DNA of 64,000 bases from Phoronis australis (taxonomy: Eukaryota; Animalia; Phoronida). The notes under the pieces are model-generated. The model was not told where the DNA came from, did not search any database, and saw nothing but the letters and a program-made list of their open reading frames with translations. The translations under genes and the position numbers were made by a program. The stretch spans positions 1,590,796 through 1,654,795 of the forward strand of contig NMRA01000012.1 in the NCBI GenBank assembly GCA_002633005.1, given 5' to 3'. Shown here piece by piece: positions 11,901 through 25,600 of the stretch; the first letter of the stretch is position 1; each line of letters starts with the position of its first letter.

Positions 11901-14900
11901 ATGGTGATAAAGTTTTTCAATACTTATAATTTACATCTACCTGAAACCGGCCATCTGATCTCTTAATAATATAAAAAGTAGATAAACATCTCCATACGAC
12001 AGAACTGTTTTTTCTCTATGATTCCAGCAGAATTTGAATGGACCGACTTGAATGTTTAAATAACTCAATTTACAAAAAATCATGCAGATTAACAACTGAT
12101 ATTGTTTTGTTGTTATTTTTTAATGTCAAATACTGCCAGTCTCCGGTGTGTTGAGACTCATTGACTTTGTAATATGAACCTGTTACAGTGTATGTTATTA
12201 GATGTGAGGCGTTTTAAAACAAAAGACAAAAAGCAGGCTTTTCACCCTCTAGAGGCGACTAGTATCCTGCCTCCCAAGATCAATTACGATGTTGCTAGTT
12301 GAGTGTCTCCCACTGCGTTCCAACGTGGATAAAAATCACAAGACTAAGCCTAAGTCACAGTCGCACGAGTTCCTGTGGGCAGTCTACTTGCAAAAAAATG
12401 CAAAAAAAGCATGGAGGGTGTACGTGTGACGTGATGATTTTTGAGCCATACAGAGACCGCAGAGGCTCTTTGTCCTGTCAAGCAAACTCTACAGGTGCTT
12501 ATGTTTCTTTTTTTTGAAGCATGCCAAAATTTGCACGGCCAAAAAATCGTACGTCAGGTTGTAACCTAGCCTTTAGATAAGTCCATGTGCCCGGTATATT
12601 CCAAACTAAATTTAAAACATAAAAGACAAAATTCTGTTTTTTGATTTGCATGCATATTATTGCTCTAGATTATCACCCTAATATCAAAAACAAGCATCTA
12701 AACTACTTACCAAGTTTCCAGGAAATCTCAGTAATAGCTGGAAGATGACCTAAAACAATGTACATGCTGAGTTGATGAGTACAATGCAGGCAGTACTTGT
12801 GGTATGCACTGCAACAGGGATGATGTTGTAGTGATACAGCACTATCGGTCATCACTCCTTCACCACGTAATGCCGTCCATTTTCACTCTCTGCGTCAGCT
12901 TATGCAAAACTTTCTAATTATTGTGATCACTCCTTCACTGGGTTAGGCTAGCCATTTTCATTCTCTGCGAGAGCCATTTTCTAATCACTTCAAATGTCAC
13001 TAAATTTTAAGAACATATGCAACAAATAGCATCCTTAAAAATATTTTTTACACGGAAACATTCGATTTTTAAAACCTTTCTCGAACGGATTTTTGTTATT
13101 CTTGATGTATTGGACTATCCAGAGAGTCTTAACAGTGCTTCAGCAACACTCAAATGCAGGTTTGTCAAATGATACATAAAGTAGCCTCTTCACCCATATT
13201 GCATCACTGCAAGAAAACAGCAAACAAAAAATGTGCAATAGCAATAGCTTGCCAGTACACCCAGTACAAGTATGACTCCAGCAACCATAGTGTATTGTGT
13301 ATGAGTGTAATTTGTAGCTGTTTGTAATAAGTGAGAATTCTTACAGTGATGTAGACGAAAGTCAGGCAATAAGGCAAACTGTTCATTACACGAGCCAACT
13401 TCTTCCTTTGGGACAAAGTCAAGTTTTTGATGCATTGCATGAAGTAAATTTACATGTGTTACAGTTCAAGATAGGTTTTAAAATGGCAAAATAGCATTTT
13501 TAATTTTTCACAAAGGTGCAAATCATAGCTGCAATGGATTCAACAAATGAATGATGAAGTTGAAAAAACGATTCTCATTTACATCAAAAGTTAATTGTAT
13601 CTGCAAAAATTTTTTAACGCTAATTTAATGAGTAAAATTCCAAAATTTTTATCAAAGCATCCATGGTTACCTAAAGCAAATCTCAGCTGTTGTACGACAT
13701 CTTTCTGCAGTGACTGCCTTTCATCCCAGATCTTCACCAACCTGTTGATGGACTGATGGGTTTTTTCATCTGTGTCACTGTAAAGCAGGCTTGAAACTAT
13801 TACACATTGTAGTACTGGCATATTTCTTCACAGTCTTTACTTCAACCCTGTATATGCAAAACGATGCACTAATAAGCTTTAAAACTTTCTTTGAAAAGAG
13901 ATTATACATGTAGATTGAAAAATTGTTAAACATGGATTTCTTGCATTAAACTCAAATACTAGAAACTAACATTAGAAACTTTTCTCATTAGCGGAGATTA
14001 ATATCATTTACTAATATCATAAGCAAAAATTTACTAAGAAAGAACTATCAGTCAAAATGATATTTGAGTCAAACTTTGAGATGCCGTAAGTTACAACTTA
14101 AATTCAGCATCTTGCGTTGTTCTGGTTCCCCACAAGGTGTCGTTACCTGACAGTGTGTGACACAGCTCCAGGCAGTACTTCCCCAAATGCTGTCCTCAGC
14201 TCAGGGCCCTTTTTCTTACTGTTCTGTATGGCATCATTAGCAAGGTACAGAAATGTCAGCTTTCGGTGCGACACAGCTGTAATGATAACACTACTTATGA
14301 GACAATCCGACATATGGGGATCGTAATCATAATCCAAACACAAAGATCAGCCCAATCCTAACTGGCCTATTAAAAACTGAGGATGTTTAAGCAGTCGGGT
14401 TAAACTTACTATTTCTAAATAGTTGTAATAAGTGGCAGGCTGACCTTTAAGAAGCATGGCAGCGTGCAATGATACTTTTGAAACAAAATAGTTTGGTTCA
14501 TGTTTTGGGGTAGAACCCTGTATTTTGGTCCAAAAACATGGTGGTTTATCATTCCTAATAACCCATGCTAATTGACACAAGCAGGAGAATTCAACACTGG
14601 TTACTTATAAAAATTAGTAATGATTTTGACTTGCTCTTCTGTGTAACTGAGCGCTGTATCAAGCCCGTTTACTAGCTGCTAAATCAAACTTCGGGTTAGA
14701 CATCACTAACACTAGACAGTAGACAGTGACCACCATCTCTAGTTGAACTACAGATGGTGAAACTCCTATAAGCCCTTCATTCCCCGGAATCTTTTCAGCG
14801 AATTATGCCTCACAAAGATTAAAACATCAAAGTCATGTTGTTGCGTGCGCTGTGTCAAAATGGCCAGTTTCCAATTTTGGGAAGTGAATAAAGGAAGTCC

Positions 14901-16265
14901 TGCTCAAAGAGAAAGTTTGACAATGGGAGTTTTGTCAGGATTATTTGTTCGAGTTGGAAGGAATTAAGTACTAGTCCACGAGAGCACCAGCCATGAGCGG
15001 CAAGGTGGGGGTCAGCCGATTTTCACCAAATTTGGCACATAGGTAGTCCTATGGGATCTATAAACAGCTGTAAAATATTTCCTCAAAATATTGCGTTTTT
15101 CTAAAGTTATAGGCTCAAACACATTTTACGGCTTCGCAGCCATGTTTTCACGGTATAAAAACTGTCCAGTTTTAACTGTTCATATTTTTTCTTGAATGAA
15201 AGCTATTGATTTATTATTCACTTGGCATTGTTTAGTGGTGCCTGTAGATTGTTACACAGATGTCTTGAAACACGATTCCGATTTACCACCCTCATTTAGT
15301 AGTTTTACTACACTGCCCCCCGTTATGCCATTTTGAGGTTGTGTTCAGTACACTGNCTGGTTACTTATAAAGATTAGTAATGATTTTGACTTGCTCTTCT
15401 GTGTAACTGAGCACTGTATCAAGCACGTTTACTAGCTGCTAAATCAAACTTCGGGTTAGACATCACTAACACTAGACAGAAGACAGTGACCACCATCTCT
15501 AGTTGAACTACAGATGGTGAAACTCCTATAAGCCCTTCATTCCCCGGAATCTTTTCAGCGAATTATGCCTCACAAAGATTAAAACATCAAAGTCATGTTG
15601 TTGCGTGTGCTGTGTCAAAATGGCCAGTTTCCAATTTTGGGAAGTGAATAAAGGAAGTCCTGCTCAAAGAGAAAGTTTGATAACGGGAGTTTTGTCAGGA
15701 TTATTTGTTCGAGTTGGAAGGAATTAAAGACAACGACGGCCTCCTAAGGTGTCCCTCTATGCGGAAAAGGCAGCTCTTAAAGCAACGTGACTTTGATGTT
15801 TTAATTAGTGTGCGGCATAATTCTTCAAAGCTCCTCTGCCCTGGCCAGCTAGAGACAGTGATCACTGTCTACACTTCATTAACAAATGATCAGGAAGTTC
15901 CACTGTCTCAGTCACTTTAGAGGCCGGGCCATGGCACACACATCACTTTGAGTGCTCAAAACCATAGACAACTGCATTTAACAGAGATTGTATGTATTAG
16001 CCTGAATGCTTTTGCTTAAACTCTCCAGAACATATTGTTATTTTTTAAACTGACGACTCTCATTGCCGCATGTTAACAAACGACAGGTGGCGCCACAGAA
16101 TTTCACTAATTTACCTTTGTGAAGTTCACGGTTCCAAACTTTGACAATGGTTTTTGCATGTTTTCTGTGATGGATCAACCATAACGAAAGTGTCTGGATA
16201 CTCTGTTGTGAATTGTTTAAGTCTGCGAGCTTTTTTACGAAATTGCTATCCGAGAAAGAAGACAT
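8919..16265 (-). CDS. RPRD1B: Regulation of nuclear pre-mRNA domain-containing protein 1 (RPRD1A/B, CREPT/p15RS family); exons 16115-16265, 14147-14276, 13671-13777, [12711-12749 optional], 10545-10651, 10140-10266, 9462-9637, 8919-9065
   Basis: CID domain MSSFSDSNFVKKLADLNNSQQSIQTLSLWLIHHRKH...KLTFLYLANDAIQNSKKKGPE, coiled coil SASSDAAIREKIAALPQEVSDVS...YNRRLATELDER, and C-terminus LPDLTRLPEITGGLAPLPSAGDLFSA*. All introns GT-AG with a continuous frame. The 1A versus 1B distinction is probably not meaningful for an invertebrate gene. Confidence 0.95.
9085..9235. repeat. Degenerate ~50-bp tandem repeat, 3 copies (RPRD1 last intron)
   Basis: ggtcattgccacagcaacaagtagcactaacaatg-like unit repeated. 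Confidence 0.7.
9865..10090. repeat. CA-rich minisatellite, ~40-bp unit, ~5 copies
   Basis: cacaccaccatgccttcataccatactcaaacagacccacgtcc unit repeated. Confidence 0.8.
11102..11859 (-). CDS. Vertnin-like OTU-fold cysteine protease domain ORF nested in an RPRD1 intron, same strand (ORF track 11102-11920)
   Basis: Uninterrupted ~250 codons with LSDGNCLYNSVS (Cys box), WSCCIHLLALCSVLRRPVFSVYP, IMW and PNHFVPL (His box), as in vertnin-type OTU domains. Polypyrimidine acceptor tttcttttgtcttgtttcag ends at 11860. Confidence 0.75.
14597..15727. other. Near-identical duplication 14597-14967 = 15357-15727 flanking the single-N gap at 15356 (probable assembly/haplotype overlap)
   Basis: The second copy starts immediately after the n and differs by only a few SNPs. 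Copy 1 runs into unrelated sequence after TTAA at 14964-14967. Confidence 0.8.
15480..15871. mobile_element. MITE with (T)AGACAGTGACCACCATCT-type termini; related copies at ~3572, 14720-14967 and 17128-17552
   Basis: 5' agacagtgaccaccatctctag and 3' ctagagacagtgatcactgtcta are imperfect inverted repeats. Internal similarity (aaaatggccagtt, tttgttcgagttggaagga) is shared with 17128-17552. Confidence 0.7.
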
Positions 16266-16626
16266 TTCGTGAACGAATTGCTTGATTCACAACAACAAAC
16301 AGCAAAAATCCAAGTCCTCGCTTTCTTTGACCTATTTTATCGTAGTGGAACATTCCAGCTTTCGGGGTGCTTTTTGTACAAAGTTTTAGAAAGACCATCA
16401 AATCAGTTTCAATAGTTTAAAAATATATCCTATACCTATAAATAAGAATCACGTGAGCTTTTTTTTACCAAAAATTATATTTTCATAGGAAGTAATTTCA
16501 AATGTACTTTACTTGTGGGATCGTGTTCCCTTCAATGGGTTGTTCTAAGACACGCCATGTTTGATCTAGTTCGTGAGAAGTGCTGAGCACAGAGGTACAA
16601 ACCGGGTAAAAAACAGCGAATTGATA
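16266..16626. promoter_or_regulatory. Bidirectional promoter region between RPRD1 and POLR2C
   Basis: Only 361 bp lie between the two divergent ATGs. A YY1-like cgccatgtt occurs at ~16553 and an E-box cacgtg at 16450. Confidence 0.7.
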
Positions 16627-19600
16627 ATGCCGTATGCCAATCAACCGACTGTTCAGATATCTGAGTTAACTGACGAAAACATAAAGTTCGTCTTAGAAGA
16701 CACAGACCTAAGGTTAGTTGAATTGAACGTTTGAATAATGGCATCTAACTTGGCGCTTCTTTATGCCACTGTCGTCATTTGGTTTAGGCCTACACTAACT
16801 AAGTAATGATAAATAATAGGAGCCCAGGTTTAAATTAGACTCCACTTTCCAAGTGGAGTTGAGTCAAATACGTTTTCTCAACATTAACAATAAATAATAT
16901 GACACATTTTGTGAGCTAGTCATCTTCTCAGGCTTAGATTTCTCAGACCTGTTAATCATGAGATCCTTGTCATTGACCTATGGCCAGTATGGGCCTATGG
17001 CTAATATGTTAACCCACTGTCTTTTAATATCTTTGTTTTTTACAGTGTTGCCAATGCTTTGAGGCGAGTGTTTATTGCAGAGGTGCCAACCATTGGTAAG
17101 TCAAAGGTCAAAAATCATTTAAATGCAAGACAGTGACCTCCATATAATAGCTGGCCTTTGAGACGGTGAAGCTCCTAATAGGCGCTTTATATGCTGGAAG
17201 CTTTTCGGTGAAGTATGCCTCACACTGAGTAAAACATCCAAGTCATGTTGTTATAAGTACCTTTTGCGTATAGAGGGACACTGTAGGAGGCTGTTGATGT
17301 CTTTAATTCTTGCCATCTTTTACAAATACTCCTGTAATCAAACACTACGTGCGTTCCTATTTTTACCGCATGTACCAGGAGTGCTCGCAGTGTTAAAAAT
17401 GGCCAGTTGCCAATTTGGGCATCTGAACGAAGGACTGCTCGAAAAAACCTTGATTTTGGGAGTATTTGTTTGAGTTGGAAGGAAATAAAAATAAAAGACA
17501 TCGACGGCTTCCTAGGATGTCCCTCTGTGTGCCAAGACGGTGGCACTGTCTAGTGAAATGCATGATACTACCCAGTACGAAGCCCTGATTTGTCATATTT
17601 CAGTTTGTGGTTTAGAATGTAGATGTTCACTCATGGTTGACTGCCTTTCATATGATTTTGAATCTGTCTGATAAGTGATGAAATGTTTAAATGCTGGTTG
17701 ATCATGCCTCCGAATCATCAGATATGTGGGGGCTTGAAGTTTCAGTGAGTGTGAAAGAGGGTGATGACTTTAAGAAGAGGGAGAGAGACAGAGGGATGGA
17801 AAGGGGCTTCGGAAATATGACTAACTGGGGATTTGTAGACAAGCAAGAGAAGGGGAGTTGTGATGACCTTGGGAAATTTTTTTCAGATGTCTGCTTAATT
17901 CGCCACATGCCAATTTCATGGAGGGATTCTATCATATTTACAATTCGCCTTATCAATAAATTGCTTTCTGAACATTAGCATCTGTCTTCCACTTGTTTCA
18001 GCCATTGACTGGGTGCAGATAGAAGCCAACTCAACAGTTCTGTTTGATGAATTCCTGGCCCACCGCATCGGCTTGATACCACTGACTAGTGATGAGGCAG
18101 TGGACAGGATGCAGTACTTCAGGGTGAGTGCTGCTACCACTGACTGTGCTCCTCCTGTGATTGGTTGTGAGAGCAACAAATGTAGCAGTGATTGGTTGTG
18201 AGCATTACAAACTGTGATTGATTTTGAGAGTTACGAATCTGCTTGTGATTGGTTGTGAGAGTTACAAGTGTGCGGGTGTGTAAAATGACAAACCTCAATC
18301 ACATGAAAGGAAGCCATAATGGACAAAGCTCCTTAGTGATTTCCCCATGGTAAATGGAGATATTCTGCTGACTAGCACTGACAAAGCCATAGACTTAATA
18401 CTGAATATTCCAATGCCATCACTTTTCAGTCATTGTATTTGCACTCCTTTAGACTTTGACCACTGTTAGCATAATCACAGACGAAAAGTTTGTTGTCAGT
18501 AAATTTGGTGATGTTTTGCATTTGGTGGTACAGTATGTCAGCTCTCAGACTCTTTGACCAGCTACTGGAAAATCTGTGTCTGCACTGGTCATGAGGCAAT
18601 AACACATGGATTTCTCTGTTACCAATTTGGGACAAAAGTAATTGACATTTGATCTTTCGGTGAAGCATTTATTTGATATTACTTAATCTTCTATTAAAAA
18701 TAAAATTCCCTGTACACTTTAATGTGTCCTCAATTGGTGTGATATTGCCGTACATTTCATTTCACAATGTGGTTTTGTAGGACTGTGTATGTGACGAGTT
18801 CTGTCCCGAGTGCTCCGTGGAGTTCCAGTTAGAAGTGAAATGTATAGATGACCAGACGCGAGCCGTGACCACGGCCGACATGATATCCAGCAACACAAAA
18901 GTTATCCCAGTAAGTCGCTTAGTGAAGCTTATCAGTGGGTTGGAAGTATGTGGTGGGGTGACGTTACTTAACATCAACGCTAACAATATCAGGGGAGGGA
19001 GGCATAGATATCTGTTTTGATTTAACATTACCACCTAGAACAGTATATTTCTTAGATTAGCTCCAAGGTGTAATGGAACTCTCATCCTCGGTGGTCACAG
19101 TCCCATACTTTGCGGGCATAGTAAAGTCACCAGCCTTGATTTTAGCAAATAACTGGCAGCCAATGGTGAGAACTGGCCATTTCTAATAAAATGACAAAAA
19201 CAGTAAATACAGACTTTGTTGTTTCACAGCTCTGGCCAAAGCTAATATTTTCACATAGTCAACTCTCATCTAACATTAATCTCAAAAGTGCGTTTTTCAA
19301 ACCTAAAACCGAGCGACTCCCTTTAAAAGAAGTAGGTGTTCTTTCACACTGCAGAGGGAGTGCCCATGTCACAAGGATGGTGACATATCTTAATATGTTA
19401 TTGTAAGCATTTGCTCGTTTGCTAGTTTGACCTCTTTACTGGTCTTTGACATTGTTGATCTTAGAATTTGAGGGATTTCATCTACTGCACTGCAGTCATT
19501 TTTATATGCTCTGCAGCAGTGTGGACATCACAGATAGCTTGATAGTTAATATCCCATGTGTATTCAGTCGCTGACTCCACTGTGGTGTTTAAAACATCCA

Positions 19601-22600
19601 ATGCTGGTGGGAAGAGTTGGCCATACAAATGTTCATGAATATGAAAACTGGTTTTGTGAGTTATGTTATTTTGGCTGTGTGGAAGACAAATGCCACTTTC
19701 TGTTAGGTTTTACTGTGCGTGCTTATCAAGATCTTCAGGTATAATACTTCAGTATTCACTTTTGTCCTCTCCCACGGTATTTAAATTTGATTTTTTCATG
19801 GGAACTCCTGATATCTCACGGCATGTCTAAAATTCACCCATTGTGTTCTCAAGCATCACAGTTTACTGTCTAGTTTATAGCACACATGACAATTTAATAT
19901 CTTGTATTTGTTTTTGGGTCATTAGCCATATTATTCCTATAAATCTCAAAATGACTTGGTGACATGTTAGCCTTATGATGGAAAACAATGCTTGTCACTT
20001 GAGTGCATAAGAACTGGAAGCATGGGTCCTGTGTATCAGGCTTTGTTGTCTGATTGCGGGTGGTAAGCAACTATCAAAAACAACTATGAACTAAAAGCGA
20101 GCCTGCACGAAATGTTCTGGAGGCATGGGGCATCCGTTCACGCTGAAGTTAAATCTCACTACCTGAAATCCATATTATAAATCGGTGTCACATGTCCCCA
20201 AGTTATTTATGATGTAACCAGATGTTTGCAAGTTGTTTACAGTCCCACAATGTATTTCAAAAACGACAACAGCCCCGTACATGAAATACCTCGAATTATT
20301 CCACGTTTGGGTAAACAACCCAAGAAATCACCTTAGCTTGGTTTGTATGGCATAATAATTTGCAAAAATTTGCTGAAGTTAGTATAATAAAGCTCTGAAG
20401 AATAGAAAACAGTCATTTTAGGAAATATTTTTGTCTCAAACTGAAGAATGTTACCATTAGACACTGCTACTTCTTTTAGTAAGTGTGAATAAACAAAATT
20501 CTAGTAAACAGTCCAGAGCAAGAACACAAAGGGTTTTTACAAATTTTACTCAGTATTGAAGAACAGGATTCTTGTCATAATGAAATGCCCGGCTAGGTAT
20601 TTAGCCATTTTTGTCACACGTCAAGACTTTATCAAATTTTGGCATTGCGCAATTTACTATTTTTAAAATGGAAGTTCCTTGGCTCATTTAATGTTGTCTT
20701 GTCGTGTCAGTTCATTATACACTGTTGCAGGTAACGTCACGACGGAAAGAGGAAGAGAGTAAATATGGCGAGGTTGAAGGTAAGAGCGCAAGTATGGTGT
20801 CATTTGTTGGGAAAGGTTAAACGTCACAACTAATAATTCCTATTGTTGTGTTTGGTCATGGAACCTATTTCTGACCTTATTGCATTGGTAGTATGAATTG
20901 AGCCGTCCGTCAACTCATCCTGCTGAGCAAACTTCTCTTCTCGTCTGTTACACCATACAAACTTTGTTGTCCTGCGTAACTCGTGTGAGGCTGCCCTTGA
21001 ATTATTGTTTGTTGCCGTTTGTCCAATCCCTACTGCCTTGTGTGTACGATAAATTTCCATTTTTAGTTTTCAGGACATGTACAGCAAATATGTTGTATTT
21101 TCAATTATAAAAACAATTTTTCGTCAGATATCAAAAATATTTTAAAGTCTCTCACATTTCTACGTGTTGGTCACAGAGAGGAACCAAACTTAATTTTAAT
21201 GGGGCTCCACTTGTTAACGGGGCATGCCTTTATAATGGGACAAATATGTTACATTTACAACTAAAATCTGATATCAAATACAGTATATCCAGATGCGTAC
21301 ATAATTTACCATAAGATTGGTCACACAAGGGGAAATAAATATGACTTTTTGTGTTAAACTACACTTTTTATATTAGTGAATATGCTTGGCCGAGGTTACT
21401 GTGCTGAGTAAATATGTTTACAAGGCCTAACGCTGATTGAAACTTACTCAGCACAGCAACTGAGGCAATAACATTAACCTAAAACGCTTGTAGTTTTATT
21501 CCCTTTTTTTCACCAACTCCCGTGTAAAGTTGTGTCAATACAATAACCTAGGTTAGGGTATGGAAATGTGACAAGTTATTGTACAAGCATTTCTAGACGT
21601 ATGAGGTATAAATTTAATTTTAATTGGCTTGTCTTACTAATTTTTCCCCAGACATACTTATTGTAAAACTGCGCAAGGGCCAGGAGCTGAAGTTTCGGGC
21701 ATTCGCCAGGAAGGGCTTCGCTAAAGAACATGCCAAGTGGAACCCGACGTGTGGTGTGGCCTTCGAGTATGACCCTGATAATGCCCTTAGACACACACTC
21801 TATCCTAAACCTGAAGAATGGTGAGTGTGACTAACTACGAAATTGGTACCATCGGGCGCAATGTCTTAATGAGATACATGCATCAGTAGAGTGCAACATT
21901 GATTCGTTGAGGAAGGAATTTATAGAAATTTGATTAATGTTTATTTAGGGCTGTTCCAGCAAAATCTGTGTGGGAGGGGGGGGAAGGCAACTGAAATAAA
22001 AATTTATGGGTGGTTGCGTTTGATTTAAATTCAAAATGGCTGGTGGTCGTACTTCAAAAAAATAAAAATTTACAGGTCGTTGTTGTTTCATTGGGCCATA
22101 AATGTTTGATGGTGGGTAATTTTAGTAAATTTTATAAACAATCCGCACAGAATCAAAAACTGAAACAAAAATGCAACTTGCAAAAAGCTCCGACTTTTTC
22201 ACTCCCTCCGATCTCCTCATCGGCATGCCCATAACACCAGTTAACCACAGGTGCTCGAATTTCTCGATGGCTAAAAACCATATATAAGAAACATATGTTT
22301 TCTTAGTAATGAATGANTTAAAATGGAAGTTCCTTGGCTCATTTAATGTTGTGTTGTCGTGTCAGTTCATTATCCACTGTTGCAGGTAACGTCACGACGG
22401 AAAGAGGAAGAGAGTAAATATGGCGAGGTTGAAGGTAAGAGCGCAAGTATGGTGTCATTTGTTGGGAAAGGTTAAACGTCACAACTAATAATTCCTATTG
22501 TTGTGTTTGGTCATGGAACTTATTTCTGACCTTATTGCATTGGTAGTATGAATTGAGCCGTCCGTCAACTCATCCTGCTGAGCAAACTTCTCTTCTCGTC

Positions 22601-25600
22601 TGTTACACCATACAAACTTTGTTGTCCTGCATAACTTGTGTGAGGCTGCCCTTGAATTATTGTTTGTTGCCGTTTGTCCAATCCCTACTGCCTTGTGTGT
22701 ACGATAAATTTCCATTTTTAGTTTTCAGGACATGCTCAACAGCAAATATGTTGTATTTTCAATTATAAAAACAATTTTTCGTCAGATATCAAAAATATTT
22801 TAAAGTCTCTCACATTTCTACGTGTTGGTCACAGAGAGGAACCAAACTTAATTTTAATGGGGCTCCACTTGTTAATGGGGCATGCCTTTATAATGGGACA
22901 AATATGTTATATTTACAACTAAAATCTGATATCAAATACAGTATATCCAAATGCGTACATAATTTACCATAAGATTGGTCACACAAGGGGAAATAAATAT
23001 GACTTTTTGTGTTAAACTATACTTTTTATATTAGTGAATATGCTTGGCCGAGGTTACTGTGCTGAGTAAATATGTTTACAAGGCCTAAGGCTGAGTGAAA
23101 CTTACTCAGCACAGCAACTGAGGCTAATAACATTAACCTAAAACGCTTGGTAGTTTTATTCCCTTTTTTTCACCAACTCCCGTGTAAAGTTGTGTCAATA
23201 CAATAACCTAGGTTAGGGTATGGAAATGTGACAAGTTATTGCACAGGCATATCTAGACGTATGAGGTATAAATTTAATTTCAATTGGCTTGTCTTACTAA
23301 TATTTCCCCAGACATACTTATTGTAAAACTGCGCAAGGGCCAGGAGCTGAAGTTTCGGGCATTCGCCAGGAAGGGCTTCGCTAAAGAACATGCCAAGTGG
23401 AACCCGACGTGTGGTGTGGCCTTTGAGTATGACCCTGATAATGCCCTTAGACACACACTCTATCCTAAACCTGAAGAATGGTGAGTGTGATTAACTACTA
23501 TATTGGTGCCATCGGGCGCAATGTCTTGATGTGCATTACTTTTTAATTAATGAGATACATGCATCAGTAGAGTGCAACATTGATTCGTTGAGGAAGGAAT
23601 TTGTAGAAATTTGATTAATGTTTATTTAATATTTAATTGTACTGTGTGTTGAAATACTCCTTGTGGAATGAAGTGACTCGTAAAGAAGAACATGTGAACA
23701 CTTGTTTTTTTAGTTTAGTTAATGTCTCACTTGGGAGCTCAGACCACTGACTACATGTACACTCTGCACACTTGTCAGTCTCCTCTAGGGATAGTCATAG
23801 ACCTTATACTGCAAGTTTATCCTCATACTGGCATTCTTATTTTTACAGGCACAAGAGTGAATTTTCAGAGTTAGGAGAAGAAGAACGTAAGTGAACTAGT
23901 GGGGGGGAGGATTGTGAGCCTGCATGTGAAGTGGTCGCCAAACATTGACTGCAGTGTCACTAGTAGGGGTGTGGTGTACTTTGTATTGAATTGATGCACA
24001 TTGCGTTCTGGGTGGATCATGAATTTCAGAAGGTCATTCATGGCTTGGACAGTGTGATTTTACTGTGTAGAGAGATGGAGCATTCAAACACTGCCTGTAT
24101 GTATCTATGTAGCAGAGAGATGATACATTCAAACACTGCCTGTATGTATCTATGTAGCAGAGAGATGGAGCATTCAAACATTGCCTGTATGTATCTATGT
24201 AGCAGGCATTGATTGAAACGGATACTAAATCTTCACAGCTATTTGTTGTAGCTATGAACCCATGTTCTGTCAAATAATCTTTAACGTTTGGTTGAGACCT
24301 TGCGTTGCTGTAAAACTGGTCTCGCCCGATTTCTAGACTTCGAAAAATCTGTTTAATGTTGGAGATCATGCTCAGTGCTTAAAATAACTCCCCTAAACCA
24401 AGGCTTGGAATTTCCGAGGAAATGCGGATTTCCGCTTTTTTCAAATGTTCTGTCCGCGTATTTTATTATATTTCTACGTAAAAAAAAATCGGATTTGATG
24501 TAAAATTTCCGCGGCAAATTTCTTTCTTACCGCGGCGTTGCCGACGTCTTTCACCTCGAAAAGCGCAAGTTGCTCTTTATGTTTCGGAGGAACGTAAATT
24601 GTCAACATTGCCGGGGCATCTGGGATAGCGTGGTTAATTTTTCAATGGCGTCCCGTGTGATTGTAAACCGCGGTGACAAATACTACGACTCTGCAGCCAA
24701 AAATGTGTGGAGGTGGGAGTGGACAGACGAGCTAAAAAGACGCAGACGCACGCTTCTGGAGGTGGTACCGTTTTTTTTTTGTCCTCCCGATTTTTGTCGG
24801 CAAAAGGCCCACATCGACTATTTCAAGGCTGGGAAGCATGCATGTTTTGGGCCGTAAATATTTCCACTTTTTTGTCATTGGTCATTCCAAGCCAACATGT
24901 ACAGCCTAGTTTCAAGCAGTAACAAGCCCTCAAAATTTCCTGCTAGGTAATAAATCACTCGTAAGGAACAATTTGAGACCATTTTTATGTGCCCACATAT
25001 TTATATGTGGACGCATTATGCCGTCATTTCCGTCCGTCCGTCCGGGCGGTGTCTGTCCGGCGTCTGTCCAGCGTCCGCTGCTCTTTCTCCAAAACCCTTT
25101 GACATACGTTCATGAAATTTGGCACATATGTTCCATTCATAAATGGGACGGCATGAGCGAACTGTCGGACGAATCCGACTACCGATGTGACCCCTAGTGG
25201 CAATTTTAGTTTTTTACGCTTACCTTTGTATCTTCAAAAGTCCTGAATGAATTTTCATGAAATTTGGTGTGTAGGCACCTATTAGTGAGATGACGCTATC
25301 CTCCCAATTTCGGATGGATTCGACGTAGTTTGCGCCACATAGTCGCCATTTTTACTGTTTTTGCGTCTACCCCTGTATCAACCAAACCACTCATAGGATG
25401 ATTGTGAAAATTGGCATGTATATGCTTACTGTAAAGAGGACGGGTGACGATGATTTTTCGACGATTTTGACTACTGTGGCGTCTCCTAGTGGCAGTTTTG
25501 TTTTTTTGGCGCCTATGGCTGTATCTCCTAAACCGTTCGTAGGATCTTTACTTAATTTAGCAAGTGTATTTATATGATGTTGACTACGGATGACTATGAC

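Noticed and set aside
20830-21110. ORFs duplicated at 22485-22768
   Set aside because: Intronic chance ORFs repeated by the gap-flanking duplication.
20731-23480. Mutually exclusive duplicated POLR2C exons as a real regulatory system
   Set aside because: Identical peptides, introns duplicated at similar identity, and a breakpoint exactly at an N make a haplotype artefact more parsimonious.
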